DNA from: a bacterium
GTDB taxonomy: Bacteria; Patescibacteriota; Minisyncoccia; Phycocordibacterales; DATDWN01
NCBI GenBank assembly: GCA_037134875.1
Contig: JBAXLH010000006.1
Location: 1 to 48,326, forward strand
DNA length: 48,326 nt
Direction: 5' to 3'
This document shows positions 29,272 to 40,499 of this stretch, piece by piece. The notes under the pieces are model-generated. The model saw only the letters and a list, made by a program, of their open reading frames with translations, had not been told where the DNA came from and made no database searches. Every line of letters begins with the position of its first letter. Within the stretch, counting starts at the first letter, position 1. A program made the position numbers and the translations under genes.

Positions 29272-30966
29272 ATGAATACCATAAAGCTTTTTCTGAAAGC
29301 TCATACGTATTGGCTTGTTTTTGGTCTCATTGTATTATTTTTTATTTGTCTTCATATTCCGGGAGTTCGTTTGCCATATCATCAGGATGAATATAAATGG
29401 CCAATGTATGCAAATCCAACTCTAGATTCTGCTGGAGCAATCCCTCATCCACCACTTACAGAATTTCTCTATAGAATTATTGGTGGCAAAATCGGTTTAG
29501 ACAATTTCAGATTTATCCCATTCTTTTTCGGGGTTCTCAATATTTTTCTGGTTTTTTATCTTGCAAAAACTATTTTTAATAAAAAAACTGCACTGTTCGC
29601 AGTTCTTTTGTTTGCCGTTTCTTTTTATTCACTTCTCGCCTCGCTTATGGTGGATGTTGACGGTGCTGTAATGCCGTTTTTCTTCCTGCTTTCTCTTATT
29701 GGCTATTACAAATTAAAAGAAGTTGATTTTGATGTTAGAAAATCCATACAATGGCTTTTTGTATTGGGCTTGGGGGTGTTGGGAGGATTTCTCATCAAAG
29801 TTGTTTTTGTTATTCCTATCGCAGTATTGGCAATAGATTTTGCAATTGAAAAAAGTATGTTTTCAGATAAAAAGAAGGTTATGAAAGTGCTGGCTTCGGG
29901 TGTTGTTGGAGTGTGTATCCTTGTCCTCATTCTTGTGTTGGCAAAATTTGTTTTTCCATTTTTCAAACTAGATTATGCGATCAAATACTGGGAACATTTT
30001 ATAAATTTTGGAAATAGAAATTGGTTTCAAATTCTTATACAGGTTATAAAATCAATTTTGTATCTTTCACCTCTATTACTGTTGCCGGTTTTTTTCATAC
30101 ATAAAGAGTTGTTCAAAAAAACGAGACCTCTGTGTATGTTTCTGGTTTTTGAAATAATTTTCTATCTCGTTTTGTTTGATTTTTCTTCTGGTGCACTAGA
30201 CAGATACTTTCAGTTTATGATTATTCCTCTATGTATAATCAGTGCAGGAATAATTTCAGAAATGTTTGAATTGGAGGAAAGCAGGCGAAACAAAGAATTT
30301 ATTTTGCTCGGTAGTCTGGTTGCTTTTATTCTTTTACTTCTCGTTTTTATTCCGCATTTCGTACCAGCGCTCCATCCAAAGTCAGCGTGGCTTTCACGAA
30401 TAGTCGGCTTCAAATGGAATTTTCTCTATCCATTTTCAGGAGGTTCTGGTCCAATGGGATTTTACGTATCTTTCTTGTTTATGTCTCTTTCGTGGATTAT
30501 TTCAGTTGGGCTCATTATTCTCGGATTTTTCAAACCAACACTGCGGAAAATGTCGCTTCTTATGTTGATTCCGATTGGTATTATATATAATCTTGTTTTT
30601 TCCGAAGAATATTTGTTTGGAAAAATAAATGGTTCAGCCCCGATGCTTCTCACGAGTTCAGTGGAATATATAAAAAACAATCCGAATATAACATCTGTTG
30701 TGGTCTACAACGACAATGGGGGATATGAAATTCAAAAGCTTGGCAAATACAGTAGACGACTTTATGCTGATCCGGCGTTTGAAAATGGATACAAAGATTT
30801 CTTCAAAACATTTTCTGGGCATGTTCTGTATATAAATGTTCCGCGAATTGATCCGAACTCTTTTTACAGTCAGTATTTGAATAGTTGCAAAAATATTTTT
30901 GAGAGAGATGATCAATATGTTTCTGCTATTGTGTACGATTGTCAAAATATAAAAAATAAAAAATAA
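29272..30966 (+). CDS. Multi-pass GT-C fold glycosyltransferase (ArnT/PMT-like)
   Basis: First loop HQDE and HPPL motif, many TMs, DRYF. Confidence 0.75.
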   Translation: MNTIKLFLKAHTYWLVFGLIVLFFICLHIPGVRLPYHQDEYKWPMYANPTLDSAGAIPHPPLTEFLYRIIGGKIGLDNFRFIPFFFGVLNIFLVFYLAKTIFNKKTALFAVLLFAVSFYSLLASLMVDVDGAVMPFFFLLSLIGYYKLKEVDFDVRKSIQWLFVLGLGVLGGFLIKVVFVIPIAVLAIDFAIEKSMFSDKKKVMKVLASGVVGVCILVLILVLAKFVFPFFKLDYAIKYWEHFINFGNRNWFQILIQVIKSILYLSPLLLLPVFFIHKELFKKTRPLCMFLVFEIIFYLVLFDFSSGALDRYFQFMIIPLCIISAGIISEMFELEESRRNKEFILLGSLVAFILLLLVFIPHFVPALHPKSAWLSRIVGFKWNFLYPFSGGSGPMGFYVSFLFMSLSWIISVGLIILGFFKPTLRKMSLLMLIPIGIIYNLVFSEEYLFGKINGSAPMLLTSSVEYIKNNPNITSVVVYNDNGGYEIQKLGKYSRRLYADPAFENGYKDFFKTFSGHVLYINVPRIDPNSFYSQYLNSCKNIFERDDQYVSAIVYDCQNIKNKK

Positions 30967-30967
30967 T

Positions 30968-32017
30968 ATGAAAATTTGTTACTTTGGCATATACAACCCA
31001 GAATTTTCTAGAAATAAAATCTACCAAAAAGGTTTGAGGGAAAATGATGTAGAAATTATTGATTGTAGCGACAGAAGTAGTGGCTTCAAAAAATATTGGA
31101 ATTTGTGGAAAAAACATCGAGAAATTAAAAATGATTACGATGCAATGGTTGTTGGATATCCGGGACATATTATTACTCCATTTGCCAAACTTCTGTCATC
31201 AAAAAAAGTTGTTTTGGATGCTCTGTGCTCGTTGTACGAAGGAGAAATAATTTCCAGAAATTCGGCAGAGTGGTGGTCTCCAAAAAGATTAAAAATTTGG
31301 CTTATCGATTTTTTTGCCTATAAATGTGCGGACTTGGTTTTGCTTGAAACCGATTCGCAAGTTGACTTTATCTCCAGTAAATTTTTTGTAGACAAAAATA
31401 AATGTCTTAGAGTTTTTACTAGCGCTGACGATTCTATTTTTTATAAGGATTCAAACATACAAAAAAGAGCAAATTTCACGGTTCTTTTCAGGGGTCAATT
31501 TCTACCAGAGGCTGGGGTAGATACAATACTTCACTCTGCAAAAATCTTGGAGAAAGAAAATATTGATTTTTTGGTAATGGGAGGTGGCTTTTTGAAGAAG
31601 GAAATGAGGAGTTTGGCAGAAAAGCTCGATCTCAAAAAAGTATCATTTATTGAAGGTTTTTTGCCTTTTGACGAGATTCGCAATCTGATGCTCTCATGCC
31701 ACGTCAGCCTAGGCCAATTTGGGGCAAATCCACGTCTAGAGAGGACTATTCCTCATAAGGCGTTTGAGACCATATCAATGGGTTTACCCTATATTTCAGG
31801 CCGTACAAAGGCAGTTTTGGAGTTGTTTACAGATAGGCAGAATTGTCTTATGGTTAGATTGGCAGATGTGGATGATTTGGCACAAAAAATATTAGAATTG
31901 AGGGATAATCCGGAGCTAGCACAAAAGATTGGTGATGGTGGTATGGAGCTGTTTGAAAGTAAATTACAGCCAAAATTTTTAGCAAAACAAATTTTAGATA
32001 AAATATCACAGATATGA
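30968..32017 (+). CDS. Glycosyltransferase (GT-B, GT4-like)
   Basis: [30 protein letters not shown]; paralog of 34774-35829. Confidence 0.85.
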   Translation: MKICYFGIYNPEFSRNKIYQKGLRENDVEIIDCSDRSSGFKKYWNLWKKHREIKNDYDAMVVGYPGHIITPFAKLLSSKKVVLDALCSLYEGEIISRNSAEWWSPKRLKIWLIDFFAYKCADLVLLETDSQVDFISSKFFVDKNKCLRVFTSADDSIFYKDSNIQKRANFTVLFRGQFLPEAGVDTILHSAKILEKENIDFLVMGGGFLKKEMRSLAEKLDLKKVSFIEGFLPFDEIRNLMLSCHVSLGQFGANPRLERTIPHKAFETISMGLPYISGRTKAVLELFTDRQNCLMVRLADVDDLAQKILELRDNPELAQKIGDGGMELFESKLQPKFLAKQILDKISQI

Positions 32018-33798
32018 AAAAAGTTTCAATCGTCATTCCGGTCTACAACGAAAAAAATACTATTCACAGTATTTTAGAAGTGGTGGAAAAAAGTTTTGTT
32101 TTTGATTTGGAAAAAGAAATAATTCTAGTTGACGATTGTTCCACTGATGGGGCGCGAGATATTCTTTTGAAATTAAAAAATACAGGCAAATACAAAATTT
32201 ATTTTCAGGAAAAAAATTGTGGCAAAGGTTCTACTCTCCGGCTCGGGTTTGGTCATGCATCAGGGGACTATATTATTATTCAAGATGCCGATTTGGAGTA
32301 TGATCCTGCAGAATACAAAGAATTGCTTACTCCACTTGTGGAAGGCAAAGCGGATGTGGTGTACGGCTCGCGATTTACAGGAGACAAACCTCATCGAGTT
32401 TTATTTTTCTGGCATTACCTTGGCAACAAGTTTTTGACAATGTTTTCAAATATTTTCACAAACCTCAATCTGACAGATATGGAGACGTGTTACAAAGTTT
32501 TTACTCGATCTGCTTTGCAAAAAGTTCTACCAGATCTCACTGCAAACAGATTTGGAATAGAACCAGAGATTACGGCTCTTGTGGCAAAAAATAAGTTGAG
32601 ACTTTTTGAAGTGGGAATATCGTATTCAGGTAGAACATATGATGAAGGTAAAAAAATAAATTGGAAAGACGGTGTCTCTGCTGTCTATACTATTGTTTGG
32701 TCCAAGATCAGATTCACAGATTTTTTCAAAGACAAATATAAAATGTGGCTTTTTGTTCTACTTATTTTTCTATCAATTTTTTCGATTGTAGTTTTGCATC
32801 CAGATATTCGAGGTGACGGTGTGTCGTATGTACAGACTATGGAAGTTATAAAGACAGGAGTAGTTCCGAGTGATTTCGTGCCAAATCGTATTATTACCAC
32901 ATATGGTGGAATGAGGCTTGTGATGCTACTCAATACTATTTTTCATAACATAAAAATATCATGGATATTTATGAATATGTTTATGTATGTTGTGGCTGGG
33001 ATGTTTTTCTATTCTCTTTCAAAAAAAATATTTAAACACAGTGTGGTTTCTTTTTTAATAACTCTGTTTCTTGTTACAAATTACGCAATAATTATTTTTG
33101 GATTGAATTATCTTATGGATATGGGAGGGTGGATGTTTTATATTGTTTCTCTCTATGTTACGTACAAATATCTTGATTCAGAAGAAGAAAAATGGCTGTG
33201 GATTTCTGCTGTGCTTATTGGGATCGGTGGGCTTTTCAAAGAATATTCTTTTATGGGTTACATTCCTTTGTTTGGAAGTATCATATTTCTGTATTGGAAA
33301 GATTATATAAAAATACTAAATAAAGTTTTTTGGACTGGGTTCATTGCTTTTGGTCCTATGGTTATTATGAATGTGTATTCATATGTTGCATACGACTACA
33401 CATATTTGTCGTGGTTTGGTGTGCAAGGAATTACGTATGTGTACAAATCAAGAATCATTGAATATACAAAAGCCCTTGGCTCACTCTATAATTTCGGCTG
33501 GTTTATTTTTCTTGGTGGGCTGTATTATTTTGTGAAAGAATTAAAAAATATCCGTAAAAATAAAAATGTTTTATTTGTTTCTTTTGTTATTCTTTCTGCG
33601 CTACCAGTTGTACTCTGGGGAGCGATTACTCAGCGAGTTTTGTTTATTGGTATTCCGGCGACTGTTCTCATTTCGGGTTTATATATAGAAAAAATAAATA
33701 AAAAATGGTACATAATTGCACCAATTCTTACTCTCTATATTATTTGTACGTATTTTATGGACTCTTACATACTCGGTCACATAAGTCTCGGCCTTTAA
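32014..33798 (+). CDS. GT2 (DPM1-like) fused to a multi-TM GT-C-like domain
   Basis: [39 protein letters not shown]; C-terminal ~360 aa with many TMs. Confidence 0.85.
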   Translation: MKKVSIVIPVYNEKNTIHSILEVVEKSFVFDLEKEIILVDDCSTDGARDILLKLKNTGKYKIYFQEKNCGKGSTLRLGFGHASGDYIIIQDADLEYDPAEYKELLTPLVEGKADVVYGSRFTGDKPHRVLFFWHYLGNKFLTMFSNIFTNLNLTDMETCYKVFTRSALQKVLPDLTANRFGIEPEITALVAKNKLRLFEVGISYSGRTYDEGKKINWKDGVSAVYTIVWSKIRFTDFFKDKYKMWLFVLLIFLSIFSIVVLHPDIRGDGVSYVQTMEVIKTGVVPSDFVPNRIITTYGGMRLVMLLNTIFHNIKISWIFMNMFMYVVAGMFFYSLSKKIFKHSVVSFLITLFLVTNYAIIIFGLNYLMDMGGWMFYIVSLYVTYKYLDSEEEKWLWISAVLIGIGGLFKEYSFMGYIPLFGSIIFLYWKDYIKILNKVFWTGFIAFGPMVIMNVYSYVAYDYTYLSWFGVQGITYVYKSRIIEYTKALGSLYNFGWFIFLGGLYYFVKELKNIRKNKNVLFVSFVILSALPVVLWGAITQRVLFIGIPATVLISGLYIEKINKKWYIIAPILTLYIICTYFMDSYILGHISLGL

Positions 33799-34697
33799 TC
33801 TTTTTTGCGGAGATATATTTCTATTTCATCAAAAACATTGACTGCCACAGCAAAATCAAAAAATATGAGCCAAGGCAGATTTTGGTTTTTCAAAATTCTG
33901 CCGAGTAAATCTGAGACATACAAATATCTTGTATACCATTTTTCTTTTTCAAGGGTAAATCCAAACGATGAATATACATTTTCTAGAGATTTTTTTGTGA
34001 AATAGTTTATGTGAGAGGGCAGGAGCGCGTGCCATTTTTTACCCATAAGTCGAGCTCCAGGAGAATCAATCATAGGAATTGTCATAATAACTATTCCATT
34101 AGGCTTCAAATGTGAGTGTATTTTGTCAAAAAAGACTTTGAAATTTTCAATGTGTTCCAAAACATCAAAAGCAGTTATTACATCAAATTTCTTATCCTTG
34201 AAAATTTTATCAAAATCAGTGATATCTCCCTGCTCAACATTTTTCAAATTAAATTTATCTCTGGCGTACGCAACTTGTTTGGTAGAAAGTTCAATACCAA
34301 ACGGTTTATATCCGCGTCTATCTGCCTCAGCGAGAAAAAAACCAACTCCACAACCAATATCAAGAATTTCGCCTGTGTTTGTTTTTCTAATTTTCTCAAG
34401 TCTTTCTAGGATTTTTCCGAATGATTTTCGTCTAGGTTTTTCGCCTTTTAGATAATTTGGGTCAAGTGGCTGATTTTTGTAATGATCTAGAAGTACATTT
34501 TCAGTCTCTGTTCTGTTTATATAACGGAAATCACAGTCGAGGCATTTATAAATATTTCCAAATAATCCGGTGCCAGTTTCTGTGACATTGTAGTCTGATT
34601 TTTGAAAAATGTCTTTGATATTAACAGTTTCGTCAAATAGCAACATTGATTTTTTTGAGTTGCAATTTGGACAAATAATGTTCTCTTCATTAGTCAT
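33795..34697 (-). CDS. Class I SAM-dependent methyltransferase with N-terminal Cys pairs
   Basis: CPNC...[30 protein letters not shown]. Confidence 0.9.
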   Translation of the reverse strand: MTNEENIICPNCNSKKSMLLFDETVNIKDIFQKSDYNVTETGTGLFGNIYKCLDCDFRYINRTETENVLLDHYKNQPLDPNYLKGEKPRRKSFGKILERLEKIRKTNTGEILDIGCGVGFFLAEADRRGYKPFGIELSTKQVAYARDKFNLKNVEQGDITDFDKIFKDKKFDVITAFDVLEHIENFKVFFDKIHSHLKPNGIVIMTIPMIDSPGARLMGKKWHALLPSHINYFTKKSLENVYSSFGFTLEKEKWYTRYLYVSDLLGRILKNQNLPWLIFFDFAVAVNVFDEIEIYLRKKD

Positions 34698-34773
34698 AAT
34701 TATTGTATGATATTATATAGGTTATACTATTATAGCCAACAGTGCCAGTGTTGCATAACTAAACAATTAAATT

Positions 34774-35829
34774 ATGAAAATCTGCTTTTTCGGTATATAT
34801 GATCCAACATATTCTCGCAATGATATTTTGATATCCGGTTTAAAATCTGCAGGAGGAGAGGTGATAGAATGCCAAGCAGATTGGAGAGATAAGAATCGCT
34901 ATAAGATTTTGTACAAGAAACTTCAATCAATAAAAAATGAGTGTGATGTTATATACGCGGCATATCCGGCTCCAGTCCCTGCTATTTTTGCAAAAATGTT
35001 TACCAGAAAACCTGTTGTGATGGATGCACTGTATCCAATGTTTGATGCGGTGGTGAATGATAGAAAAGAAATACCATGGTTTTATCCGAGAGCCATAAAG
35101 CTCTGGTTATACGACTGGATATCTGCACTCGTGTCAGATTGCATTATTGTAGATACAAACGAACATGGTAAATATTGGACAAAACTTCCTTTTATAAAGA
35201 AATCAAAAATAAAAACTATCTATCTCGGTTTCCAAGAAAAAATATTTTTTCCCACTTTGCATAAAAGATCCGATACCAATTTTTTGGTGGGATTTTATGG
35301 AGTTTTCAATCCGCTCCAAGGTGTGCCAAAAATAATTGAAACTGCACATCTCTTGAGAAACCATGCTGATATACAATTTAGAATTATTGGTTCTGGTAGA
35401 GTTTCTCCGTTAGTCGATGCTCTTATGGATAAATATAATCTGAAAAATGTTGAAAGGGTGGACAGAGTGCCAATAGAAAAACTAAAAGAGTATTGTGATG
35501 AAGCAGATGTTATCTTGGGAATTTTTGGGGATACAGAAAAAGCGCGTCGTGTTGTGCCAAACAAAGTTTATCAAGGGCTAGCCTTAAAAAAGCCAGTAAT
35601 TACAATGGATTCTCCGGCAGAGAGAGAAATTTTCAGTGATAATGATATTATGCTCGTCCAAAATAATCCGGAAGCGCTGGCCGAAGCAATTTTAAAACTG
35701 AAAAATAATGCAGATTTGCGAGAGAAAATTGCCGAAAATGGTTATAACAAAGTGGTTGAAAAATACTCATCAAAACCTCTCGGCAGAGAACTTTTTAATT
35801 TAATAGAGGTTGTTATTTCACAACAATAA
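34774..35829 (+). CDS. Glycosyltransferase (GT-B, GT4-like)
   Basis: MKICFFGIYDPTYSRN, LGIFG..RVVPNKVYQ. Confidence 0.85.
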   Translation: MKICFFGIYDPTYSRNDILISGLKSAGGEVIECQADWRDKNRYKILYKKLQSIKNECDVIYAAYPAPVPAIFAKMFTRKPVVMDALYPMFDAVVNDRKEIPWFYPRAIKLWLYDWISALVSDCIIVDTNEHGKYWTKLPFIKKSKIKTIYLGFQEKIFFPTLHKRSDTNFLVGFYGVFNPLQGVPKIIETAHLLRNHADIQFRIIGSGRVSPLVDALMDKYNLKNVERVDRVPIEKLKEYCDEADVILGIFGDTEKARRVVPNKVYQGLALKKPVITMDSPAEREIFSDNDIMLVQNNPEALAEAILKLKNNADLREKIAENGYNKVVEKYSSKPLGRELFNLIEVVISQQ

Positions 35830-36313
35830 GCCGAAAACAAATACTATGAGCGATGTTCCAAACATATCTTCGAAGAAAACTTTTAAATGGAACAAATTTC
35901 ATTCTTCTGCTGTGCCAAATATACGATATTTTTTCAACTTTAAAATTACACTTGAATCCGTAGTCAGGCAATTTTCCGCCTTCTGTGTATTCTTTATTAA
36001 AATAATCAAATGTGTTTTCGGTAATAAACACAACATGTGTAGGGTCTTTAAAAGCGCCATTTGATTTGAAATAAGGACATCGTATATCTACCACGGCACC
36101 ATCCTTGCAAACTCTGTATATTTCTTCCATCATATAGGGTAAATTTTTTATATGTTCAAGAAAATGATTTGCAAAAACTTCGTCCACAGAATTTTCCTCT
36201 AATGGAATGCCTTTATTTAAATCGCAAACAATATCTACATTTTCCAGTGGTAATATGTCCAAGTTTGTATATCCTTCCATTCTTCGTTTTCCACTCCCAA
36301 GATTTATTTTCAT
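35813..36313 (-). CDS. SAM-dependent methyltransferase (type 11-like)
   Basis: INLGSG, HFLEH, EIYRVCK, DPTH. Confidence 0.85.
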   Translation of the reverse strand: MKINLGSGKRRMEGYTNLDILPLENVDIVCDLNKGIPLEENSVDEVFANHFLEHIKNLPYMMEEIYRVCKDGAVVDIRCPYFKSNGAFKDPTHVVFITENTFDYFNKEYTEGGKLPDYGFKCNFKVEKISYIWHSRRMKFVPFKSFLRRYVWNIAHSICFRLIVVK

Positions 36314-36342
36314 TGTTTAATTGGTATCAAATAATAATATGT

Positions 36343-37053
36343 TTAGTTTTCTTTTACAAAAAGTGAATCCTCGGAAATTATTTGTCCAGTTTTTCCATTC
36401 ATTTTTTGTTGCAGTCCTCCTTTATAAATAAATTCTTTATGTGTGAGGATTGAGTATATGTCGGCAAAGAGTGGTTGTTTTTCGTACAGCTCTATATAGG
36501 ATGTTTCAATAATGATATATGTCACGTGTTCTAGAAATTTTTCTGCCCCTTTCAAAACTTTATCTTCAAAACCTTGAGTATCAATTTTGAGAAGTATGTG
36601 TTGTTCCAATTTTTCTGTAGTGATTAAATCCAAATCATCAAGTTTTTTTATTGTAATCTGCTCTGGCCGAGACTCTTTTGTGTGCGGAAACAAACTCTTG
36701 TGATTGTGCGCCATATGGAGGATTGATGAGCTGGGGGAGTAGTCACTGTGATGTATTGTTGTAACTTCGTCTTTTTCACCCAAAGCAAAATTAAATGCTT
36801 TAAATGAATTATCATCCTTCATATTTTCTGTCAGTTTATGAAAACAATCTGAGAGAGGTTCAAACGATATGATTTTTGTTTCTGGTAAAAATTCACGTAT
36901 TTCTTTTGCAAACTGACCAACATTTGCCCCAACATCAAGAACTGTTTTTATTTGTTTGTCTTTGAGCCATTCCAGAGGATTTGGTTTTGGTCTAAATTTC
37001 AAAACATCAAAGCCGGTTTTTTGAATGATTTTTCTTAACGGATGTGTGCTCAT
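36343..37053 (-). CDS. FkbM family methyltransferase
   Basis: LDVGANVGQF, SFEP, LKIDTQGFEDKVLKG. Confidence 0.92.
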   Translation of the reverse strand: MSTHPLRKIIQKTGFDVLKFRPKPNPLEWLKDKQIKTVLDVGANVGQFAKEIREFLPETKIISFEPLSDCFHKLTENMKDDNSFKAFNFALGEKDEVTTIHHSDYSPSSSILHMAHNHKSLFPHTKESRPEQITIKKLDDLDLITTEKLEQHILLKIDTQGFEDKVLKGAEKFLEHVTYIIIETSYIELYEKQPLFADIYSILTHKEFIYKGGLQQKMNGKTGQIISEDSLFVKEN

Positions 37054-38000
37054 ATGTTGTTTTTTAAATCTCTAAAATATCTTAAAATTTTCTGTTTTGT
37101 TAGTCTCAGTATATCTGGTTTTTTGACAAAACCATAATTCCAGTCTGGGCGAATTTTTATAATCTGTTCGTAGGCCTCTTGTAGGGCTTTTACATAGATA
37201 TCGTATATTTCAGAATGAAAGACTGTTATTGGGTATGCCCGAACCATTTTTCCATCTACATATATTCGCAAACCATGGGCATGGTAACAGATCAACACAT
37301 CTTCGTCGACAAAAAACAGGCCATCTTTTTTTGTTATTTTGAAATTTTCTATATTCCAAGTACCAGTGTTTACACCTTTGTTTGGAAGCTCAAAAACACC
37401 TTTGTATTTTTTGGGCCATGCATTGAGATACAGCTGGTCGGTGTGTTTACCATTCTCGTATACTAGGGAACACCACTCAATACATTGTTTTCTCCATTCC
37501 TCAATACATTTTCTTGCATTTTCATCATTTCTAAAGAAAATCATACCTGAATTAAAGTATCCGCGAATTGGTGCGAGGTATTCTTTTTCTTTTGAAAACT
37601 TGTGAGCAGTCAAAACTATTGATTCGTTTTGTACTGTTTTTTCAAATAATTTATTGGCATCGGAATAGAACAAAATATCTGCATCAATAAATACAAGTCC
37701 GTCGCCTGGATGTATTTTGTTTGAATCCAACATATATTTGAGGAATGATGCTTTGGAACCCATCGCAAACTCTACACTCGTACGTGAATCTCTTTTGCTC
37801 ATTAACTCCTGATCATTAACTTCTTCTAGGTTTATTATATTTGTATTTTTGAGCTCCAACTTTTTAAGCAGTTCAAATGCTTCATTGTCCAAACACAAAA
37901 ACCAAACAGTTGCTTTTGGTGCGAATCTATAAAGAGAATTTCGCAGAGCCAGAGCTCGCACAAGATAATTTTTATCAAAAATTGTAGCTATGTGTGTCAT
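37050..38000 (-). CDS. Putative GT-A fold glycosyltransferase
   Basis: TIFDKNYL, FIDADILFY, FNSG, DQLYL..WP. Confidence 0.75.
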   Translation of the reverse strand: MTHIATIFDKNYLVRALALRNSLYRFAPKATVWFLCLDNEAFELLKKLELKNTNIINLEEVNDQELMSKRDSRTSVEFAMGSKASFLKYMLDSNKIHPGDGLVFIDADILFYSDANKLFEKTVQNESIVLTAHKFSKEKEYLAPIRGYFNSGMIFFRNDENARKCIEEWRKQCIEWCSLVYENGKHTDQLYLNAWPKKYKGVFELPNKGVNTGTWNIENFKITKKDGLFFVDEDVLICYHAHGLRIYVDGKMVRAYPITVFHSEIYDIYVKALQEAYEQIIKIRPDWNYGFVKKPDILRLTKQKILRYFRDLKNNI

Positions 38001-38908
38001 TTGAATATCTTTTTCAATTTTATTATAACGAGTTCAAAAAATGTTTTTGGTTGAAAAATTTTCTGTATAAAGAGACTATCATAATTTTCATCTGCTTGCA
38101 TTATGGTGGTATGCACGATAGGAAACTCAATGTTTCTCGTTTTTATTTGTGAAAGTTCAATATTACCAGAATGTGTTGCATCAATATTTATTCCAATGTT
38201 TTTAACCAAGTTGTATGTTGGAATGATTGATAAACCACTATTCAGTATTCGTGCGTATTCCCACTGATAATCCCACGTATCTTTTTCTCCTTTTGCGGTT
38301 TTGTTATAGGACCACTCTTTTATTTTCCATTGCCATCTTTTTCCTATATTTTTTCTGATCTGCTTCTTATTTTTTTCATCAAACCATGAATTCATTGTTA
38401 CATCATATAATTTCCAAGCTCTGTTCCATGTTGCCCAGCCCCAAATACTACCGTACTTTGAATAAAAATATGATGAATCCGTTTTCCATATTTCGTGTAT
38501 ATTAAAACCACTAATCATCATTATTTTTTCTTCATTTCTATATTTTGTGAGTAATTCTTCACAAAAAGGGAAGAAGGATTGATTTGGTAGGCAGTCATCT
38601 TCCAAAATTATCCCAGATTCGACATGTTGAAAAAACCAATCTATTGCCGAGCTGACTCCAGTTTTACATCCAAGATTTTTTTCTCTAAATAATGTTTTGA
38701 TTTCACATGGCCAATCAATGTTACCTACAATCTCTCGAGTTATTTTACATTTTTCAATATCGGAGTTGTTGTTTTCACGTGGCCCATCTCCAGCAATAAA
38801 AAGTTGTGCGGGTTTTACTTTGCGTATTTCATCAAACACCCGTTTAGTTGTTTCGGGTCGATTAAATATAATAAATAATATTGGTGTGTTAAATGTTTGG
38901 TTCATCAT
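37997..38908 (-). CDS. Nucleotide-diphospho-sugar transferase (GT2-like, HlpA-like)
   Basis: PILFIIFNRP, DGPR, NLGC, IILEDDC, WGWATW, WDYQW. Confidence 0.85.
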   Translation of the reverse strand: MMNQTFNTPILFIIFNRPETTKRVFDEIRKVKPAQLFIAGDGPRENNNSDIEKCKITREIVGNIDWPCEIKTLFREKNLGCKTGVSSAIDWFFQHVESGIILEDDCLPNQSFFPFCEELLTKYRNEEKIMMISGFNIHEIWKTDSSYFYSKYGSIWGWATWNRAWKLYDVTMNSWFDEKNKKQIRKNIGKRWQWKIKEWSYNKTAKGEKDTWDYQWEYARILNSGLSIIPTYNLVKNIGINIDATHSGNIELSQIKTRNIEFPIVHTTIMQADENYDSLFIQKIFQPKTFFELVIIKLKKIFK

Positions 38909-39743
38909 CTTTTATAATCCAGTTTTGCATGATTATGCCATTAAAAACCCTTTCACTTTGGATCTTGTCTTTCCTCCAGCGTCTTGGTGCGACAATTATT
39001 TTACCATAGTTTTTATTTATAAAGGCTGACCACCATGAGTAAGTACTGTTGGATATTACTAGGTATTTATATTTTGACATAAGGAGCATTTGTTCAAAAT
39101 CAGATATTTCTGCGTCGTTAAAAACTGTTACATCACTTCTCTGTATAGTTCCTGCCAACATTTCTTTACACCATTCTATATCTTCAGAGAATATAACAAT
39201 TTTGGGTGATTTTATTTGTGCTTTTTCTACAATGGTTTGTATTCCATTGAGAAAGTATTTTTCACTGAGTACATACCATGTATCAGTATCACGAAGAAGA
39301 TCGCCTCTTCTGACATGGACAGCAATTGAATTGTTTATATCTATTTCTTGGACATATCGAGAAAATTTATCGGAAGTTTTTTTTGGGGAAAGCTCTTTTT
39401 TTAATATCTCATTAATTTTTTCGTCTTGGAAATATTTTGATTTTTCCCAATAACCATCGACAACAATAATTTTTTTAGCATTTTCGGCTATATCCTTGAC
39501 TGAATTTGTGTCATCAAAGATTTTTGGTTTCAAAATCATTTTAATCGCTCGCATTACAAAACGGTTTGTAATTTTCAGGTTGTATTTTATATTGAGGGTA
39601 TTAAGAGCATATTTTCTATCAGCTCTTGTATACCAACTCAAATCCAAAATAAGTGGGGTTTTGTATTTTAGTGCAAGTGTTCTACCAAAAGAGTATTGAA
39701 ACATTTGATTTCCAATACCACCCTTTAATCTTAAGATTATCAT
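38889..39743 (-). CDS. Glycosyltransferase family 11 (alpha-1,2-fucosyltransferase-like)
   Basis: GGIGNQMFQY, HVRRGD, FSED..W, SNSTYSWWSA. Confidence 0.9.
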   Translation of the reverse strand: MIILRLKGGIGNQMFQYSFGRTLALKYKTPLILDLSWYTRADRKYALNTLNIKYNLKITNRFVMRAIKMILKPKIFDDTNSVKDIAENAKKIIVVDGYWEKSKYFQDEKINEILKKELSPKKTSDKFSRYVQEIDINNSIAVHVRRGDLLRDTDTWYVLSEKYFLNGIQTIVEKAQIKSPKIVIFSEDIEWCKEMLAGTIQRSDVTVFNDAEISDFEQMLLMSKYKYLVISNSTYSWWSAFINKNYGKIIVAPRRWRKDKIQSERVFNGIIMQNWIIKDDEPNI

Positions 39744-40498
39744 TTTCTCTTTATTATTTTATCAAACAAGTATTTAGTTTTTGATTTTAATCTACGCCAT
39801 ATTTCTTCACTCAGTCTCTCCTGGATAAAAATATAATCATGCAATTTTGAATGATGGAACATCGTATCCTGCCATATTCCGTAGTAAACTGTCGCTGGTT
39901 TTCCTAGGGCCGATGCTAGGGTTGCTGTGCCAGATGTGAGACAGTGCAATTCTCTGCAGGAAACTATCATTTCGCAAAAATCAGTAAGACTTGATGATTC
40001 TTGAATATCTTTTATTTCCGGTAGATACATGCTTTTGTTTCTTTTTTTCATTATGCAATTTATTTTCGTATTTCTTTTTTTTAACTCTCGTTCCAAATCC
40101 TTGCCATCAAAAAAACCTACGAATGATACATAGTTTGGGTCGTACAGGGTTTTGCCAAAAGTTTTCGGGTTATCTTTTTTTGGTTTAAAATATATTTCCG
40201 GTTCGTGAAATCTTTTTCCGTCGTCTAGTCCCATTTCGAGCATGACCACATCGAGAATATTTTCACCTTTTTTGGGTATTATATTTTTTGTCCATTTTCC
40301 GTTTTCATCAGAGAAACCATCAACATAAGGGTTTAATTCCCAAATCAGGGTTTTGTATTCGGGACTTCTGAAAGGGGATTTGTTGGAAATATATACTTTG
40401 TCATATAGTCCAGATTCCTTTGCAATTCTGGGTATGTGACTATAAAATAAATGATCTCCCAATCCTCCGAATTTTACTTCGATTGTTAGTGTTTTCAT
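39740..40498 (-). CDS. Hypothetical glycan-locus protein (GT9/GT-B-like motifs)
   Basis: GGLGDHLF and SGTATLASALGKP resemble heptosyltransferase-type motifs. Confidence 0.6.
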   Translation of the reverse strand: MKTLTIEVKFGGLGDHLFYSHIPRIAKESGLYDKVYISNKSPFRSPEYKTLIWELNPYVDGFSDENGKWTKNIIPKKGENILDVVMLEMGLDDGKRFHEPEIYFKPKKDNPKTFGKTLYDPNYVSFVGFFDGKDLERELKKRNTKINCIMKKRNKSMYLPEIKDIQESSSLTDFCEMIVSCRELHCLTSGTATLASALGKPATVYYGIWQDTMFHHSKLHDYIFIQERLSEEIWRRLKSKTKYLFDKIIKRK

Positions 40499-40499
40499 T

